From assembly GCF_018350175.1 (NCBI RefSeq), contig NC_058368.1:174470001-174534000 (forward strand): 64,000 bases of DNA, given 5' to 3'. Made by a program: the position numbers and the translations under genes. Below, one piece after another: positions 59,831 to 64,000 of this stretch. Origin of the DNA: Felis catus (taxonomy: Eukaryota). The notes under the pieces were generated by a model, which did not search any database, had not been told where the DNA came from, and saw nothing but the letters and a program-made list of their open reading frames with translations. The stretch's first letter is position 1. The number at the start of each line of letters is the position of its first letter.

Positions 59831-60533
59831 ATACTGTAATATGCTGGATCTACTGTAATATTATCTCCATTATAGATGAGGGCATTAAGTCTTAGGGACG
59901 TTAGTTAGTATTCCCAAAGTCACCCACGAGGATGTGACGGTGCAGGCATCCCCATATGGGGTCAGTCTGATCCTGGCGTCTTCATCCTTGCCCGCTCCCT
60001 TGGTCAACCCAACTGAAGGACATCATAGAAAGTGGCTGTCGCCTCTGTAGACCCGAGGTGTGTGAGCCCTCTGAATAAGATGCTCCTTACAAGCTCCGTT
60101 TCCTCGATCTGCTGGTGCCATTTCCGGGGCCATTCAGAGAAATTTGAAATTAGAAGAGAGGGAAGCTTTAGATCTCGAAAGGCCACTGTGTCTAACTTGG
60201 GGCGATGCTTGCCCGTCTGGAGAGTAATAACAGAGGATGTTTTGTCAGTGTTCCATTAGGAAAGGTCAAAGTCCCGAAGTGAGGTCTGGAGAGAGCATCC
60301 GAACATGAAGCTTGACATGGGCCTGGGGTCAATGTGCTGAGAAGGCCGGCCAGCCTGGTAGGCTTGTCATAAACCAGTGGTAAAAGATTATGATGTGTAT
60401 TTTCTCCAGGGAGACATGGTTGATGAGATGAAGGGACTCCCGTAATGTGACTGGAGGTGGCATCTTGGATCAGAAGTCATATCAGGATCTCAATTGTGGG
60501 CCACGGGTGGGACGACCTACAGGGCGAGAACAC

Positions 60534-60885
60534 CATTATGGACCGAACGTTTTGCAATCCCCCCCAATTCATACGTTGAAGCCCTAATCTCCAGTGTGAT
60601 GATATTTGGAGGGGGGGCATTTGGGAAGGAATTAGGTCACGAGAGTAGAGTCTTCATGAATGCGATTAGTGCCCTTGTGAGACGTGGGAGAGATGATCTC
60701 TTTGTCTGTAAGAACACAGCGAGAAAGTGGCCCCTTACATGCCAAGAACTAAGCCTTCGCCTGGAACCACATCAGCCAACCGCTTGATCTTGGACTTCCC
60801 AGCCTTGAGAAGTGTGACGAATAAATTTCTGGTGTGGAAGCCACCCAGCCTATTTTTGTTACAGTAGTCTGAGCTGACTAAGACA
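60534..60885 (+). mobile_element. MaLR solo LTR (MLT1A-like)
   Basis: aattcatacgttgaagccctaatc...ttgatcttggacttcccagcc...aataaatttct...gactaagaca. Confidence 0.9.
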
Positions 60886-62428
60886 GATATGTTGGAGTTG
60901 ACCCTGACACAGACAGCATTGACCGGGAGCCTCCACGGAGCCAATAATGAGGGGCCAGCTGGCAAAGTTTGGGCAGCGTGTAGCACAGGACTGATTCTTT
61001 CTCTCCCTGTTTTAATTCAAAATACCCTGAGATCCTGCTGCTACATGATGGATGGTGCCCAGTCCCTGCTGTCGTGGAGTTTCCAGAGGCCTGGAGAGGC
61101 TCCTCCCATCCATGTGTCCCTGTGAGGTTCTTGTGTTGATTCAACCCAACCTTGCCCCCCTAGCCCTGGTGAGGCAGGGCTACGACCGTGGTCCCGAGTC
61201 ACCAGCATGTGAGGGCTGCACTCAGTTCAAGTTCAAGTTCAAGCTATGGACTTGCTTTCCAGGTTGCGACCTTGGCCCGTAGCTCCCAGCTGAGCACAGG
61301 GTAGAGGCCCAGGAAATGGTTTTTTGAACTGAACTGGGAAGGAAGGGGGACAGACAAATCCTTCTACCAATGGCTTCTTTGGAGTACCATCCTTGCCAAA
61401 CTGAATAGGTGGGTCTGTCAGGATAAACCCTGGCCGTACCTCTATTAAAATAAAAAAGCTGACAAAAATCTCTGCTTTGCTTTTCGTGTTTACAGGAGGC
61501 CAATCAATTTGATTTTTTTTTTTTTACAATACTGCTTTGTTCCTCCCCATTTCCGTATCGAGAGGACAAATCACATGGGTTTGCCAGGAAAGGGACAGAA
61601 ATCTAGGATTCATGGGGCCCAGTTCATAGCAGCAAACGGAGGCTGGAAAAAGTTGTTTGCGTGAATGCATGTGAGGCTGTCTTCCAACCACCTCCCTCCC
61701 TTCCCTCTTCTCTGCATCCCTCAGCTGCCTGCTTTCCTTCTTTCCAGAATATACTGAGAAGGCACTCTAAGGTGGGTCTTGTTGCTGGCTATGGATACAA
61801 ACGTGAATATGATTCAGTGCCTGTATCACTGGGGTTTTTAACCCCCTAGGAGTCTATTGGTAGAAGCCAGGGAGTCTCTGAAGCTTTATGGGGAAAATAC
61901 ACCTTTATTTTTCATTACCTTCTACCTTCTACCTGAAATTCAGCGTTCCCTTCCACTAGGGATGTTATATACCCGTGACTCTGTCGTTAGTGAAAATCAC
62001 AGATATTTTCTTATTGATTCCTGCCAACGTCTCAAAATAATATTTATTCTTGACATTCTGTCTGCACCCAGTGTCCACAACGTGCAACTTTTTGCAGGCT
62101 GGAGAAAGGGGTGATGTTCTCAAGCGGTGCCCCTGGGATAAGGTTTGAGGAAGGAGATTCCTGAGAAACACTGGGCGCGGACTTCGAGAGGGAGGAAGCA
62201 AGAGGGGGAAGGACAGAGAGACAGCCAGGCACAGAGGCACAGGGACAGGCACAGCGACGGGGAAGATGTAAGTTGGGCCGAGATTCACTAAAGAGACGGG
62301 AGACGACAGGGAGAACCCCCAGAGGGACTGGCCTGGAGCCCAGGGAATGGCCTCGTTGGAGCCCGGACTCTATTCCCTGTGGGTTTTGTGGTTTGTGCAA
62401 GTTACTCCCCGCTCAGAACATCAGTTTC

Positions 62429-62820
62429 TGCCTTAGTTTGCTAGGCCTGCCACAACAAAGTACCTCAAGCTGGGTGGCCTCAATGAGGAAGCTTGATTGT
62501 CTCACAGTCCTGGAGGCCACGCGTCCTAGATCAAGGTGTTAGCAAGGTTGGATCCCCCTGAAGGTGTGAGGGAAGGAGGTGCCCCAGGCCTCTCTCCTTG
62601 GTTTGTAGAAGGCTGTTTTCTCCCTGACTTTTCATATCGTCTTCCCTCCCTCTCTGCATGTCTGTGGCCAAATTTCCCCCTTGTGAGAAGGACGCCATTC
62701 ACACTGGAATAGAGCCCACCCTACTGACCTCATTTTAACTCGATTACTTCTGTAAAGCCCCAGACGAGGTCGCATTCTGAGGTACTGGGGGTGAGGACTC
62801 CAACGTATCTTTTTAGGGGT
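62429..62820 (-). mobile_element. MaLR LTR (MLT1B-like)
   Basis: ttagtttgctaggcctgccacaacaaagtacc...tctcacagtcctggaggc...gcattctgaggtactgggggtgaggact. Confidence 0.88.
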
Positions 62821-63439
62821 CCCTAATGATTTCCTCATCTTACTTTGGGGTGACGGTTCACATCCCCGCCCCCCCCCCCCCAGAGATATTGGGAGGATTG
62901 CAAAATCGAACATGCGTTCCTTGTTTGGTGAAACCCTTCGGGAAGGGTAGCTCCTATCGCTACGCTATTCCTAAGGACTGGAGGCGACAGGGGGACAGCA
63001 AAGATGGGGATAGGAGAGTGAGAGGAGGGAGGAAAAGCACGTTTGGGGCTTAGCCAAGAGAAGTAACCAGCTGAGGCGCCAGGCTTCCTGGGGGGGGGAA
63101 GGAGCATAATTCTTCATTGAAAAGGACCGAGCGCCCTCTCCATCTGGGGTGTTCTCTCAGTGCGGGCGAGGGTGCCAAGGGCCTCCCCAGGCCTGCAGGA
63201 GCCAAACAGGCTTCGCTTGGTTGTGGCCGCAAGGGGTGGGTGCTGCGTGACTGGCGTGGTGGTGGGAACCTGGGCATCCCACCAGGTGCGATGCTAAGTG
63301 AGGAGGAGGAAGCCTGTCTCTTGGGGCAAAATAGGGCCTGTGACCAGACTCTCAAGAAATACGAAGTTTGACCAAAAAGAACTCACTGTGCTAGCAACCA
63401 GCCACGCAGGACTGACGACATAGCACGTGGACACGAGGA

Positions 63440-63560
63440 GCACTGTGGACAGTGCTGGGAGCACACGAGGTCCGGGCTGGCCTGCTCACGGCCGCATCCT
63501 TGACGCCTAGAACACGGAGAGGGCGCTCACTCAATATCTGCCGAATGAACACACCATGAG
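63440..63560 (+). mobile_element. L2 LINE 3' terminus
   Basis: gcctagaacac...cactcaatatctgccgaatgaa. Confidence 0.5.
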
Positions 63561-64000
63561 TGCTCAGCGAGAGCCTGAATAGACAAAGACCAGGAGCCAG
63601 ATCACATACGACGACAGGGCTGTGACCCACAACCTCCGCGGGAGCCGGTTCGAGAAGCCAGCCCGAACCACCTGTGCACATCTTCCCAGAACGGTCAGGA
63701 CTGGATCAATGACCGCCAGTTTCCCTATTTTCAGACCCCGTTTCCCACCCAGGACCGGCCAGAGAACGCCGAATATGCTCCCCAAACCAATCGCACGAGG
63801 GACCCGGCTTCTAGGGAGCTCCCTTCCAGCTTCCACTGATGTCCTGTGAGCAGAGAATGCCTGCAGCCTTCCGTTTTTCCCACGATGAAGCTTTTCCACT
63901 TCCCTGTCTGCCTTTGGGTCTCTGCCAAACGCAAGTGGTGGTGGCTGAGGCCTGAATACATAGCCTCTGTTTGTTCCCATTGGGACGATCTGTGTTAATT

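Overview
Non-coding genomic DNA from a cat-family (felid) mammal. It carries about 34 tRNA-derived CAN-SINE copies or fragments (SINEC_Fc-type) on a background of ancient eutherian repeats: MIR, L2, L3/CR1, L1M, MaLR/ERVL LTRs and hAT MITEs. I recognise no protein-coding exon, RNA gene, CRISPR array or prokaryotic element. The listed ORFs are chance frames or translations of repeats. Repeat subfamily names come from remembered consensus sequences and need a RepeatMasker/Dfam check. I found no new enzymatic system. The most interesting signals are rearrangements readable from target-site duplications (TSDs). (1) A microinversion between two inverted young SINEs at about 53.7-54.2 kb, shown by swapped, reverse-complemented TSDs. 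(2) A composite SINE-spacer-SINE unit at about 27.5-28.0 kb flanked by a single TSD, which looks like SINE read-through 3' transduction of foreign DNA. (3) A probable gene-conversion tract between neighbouring SINEs at 51-52 kb. LTRs and L1s are strongly biased to the minus strand, suggesting the window lies inside a plus-strand transcription unit.
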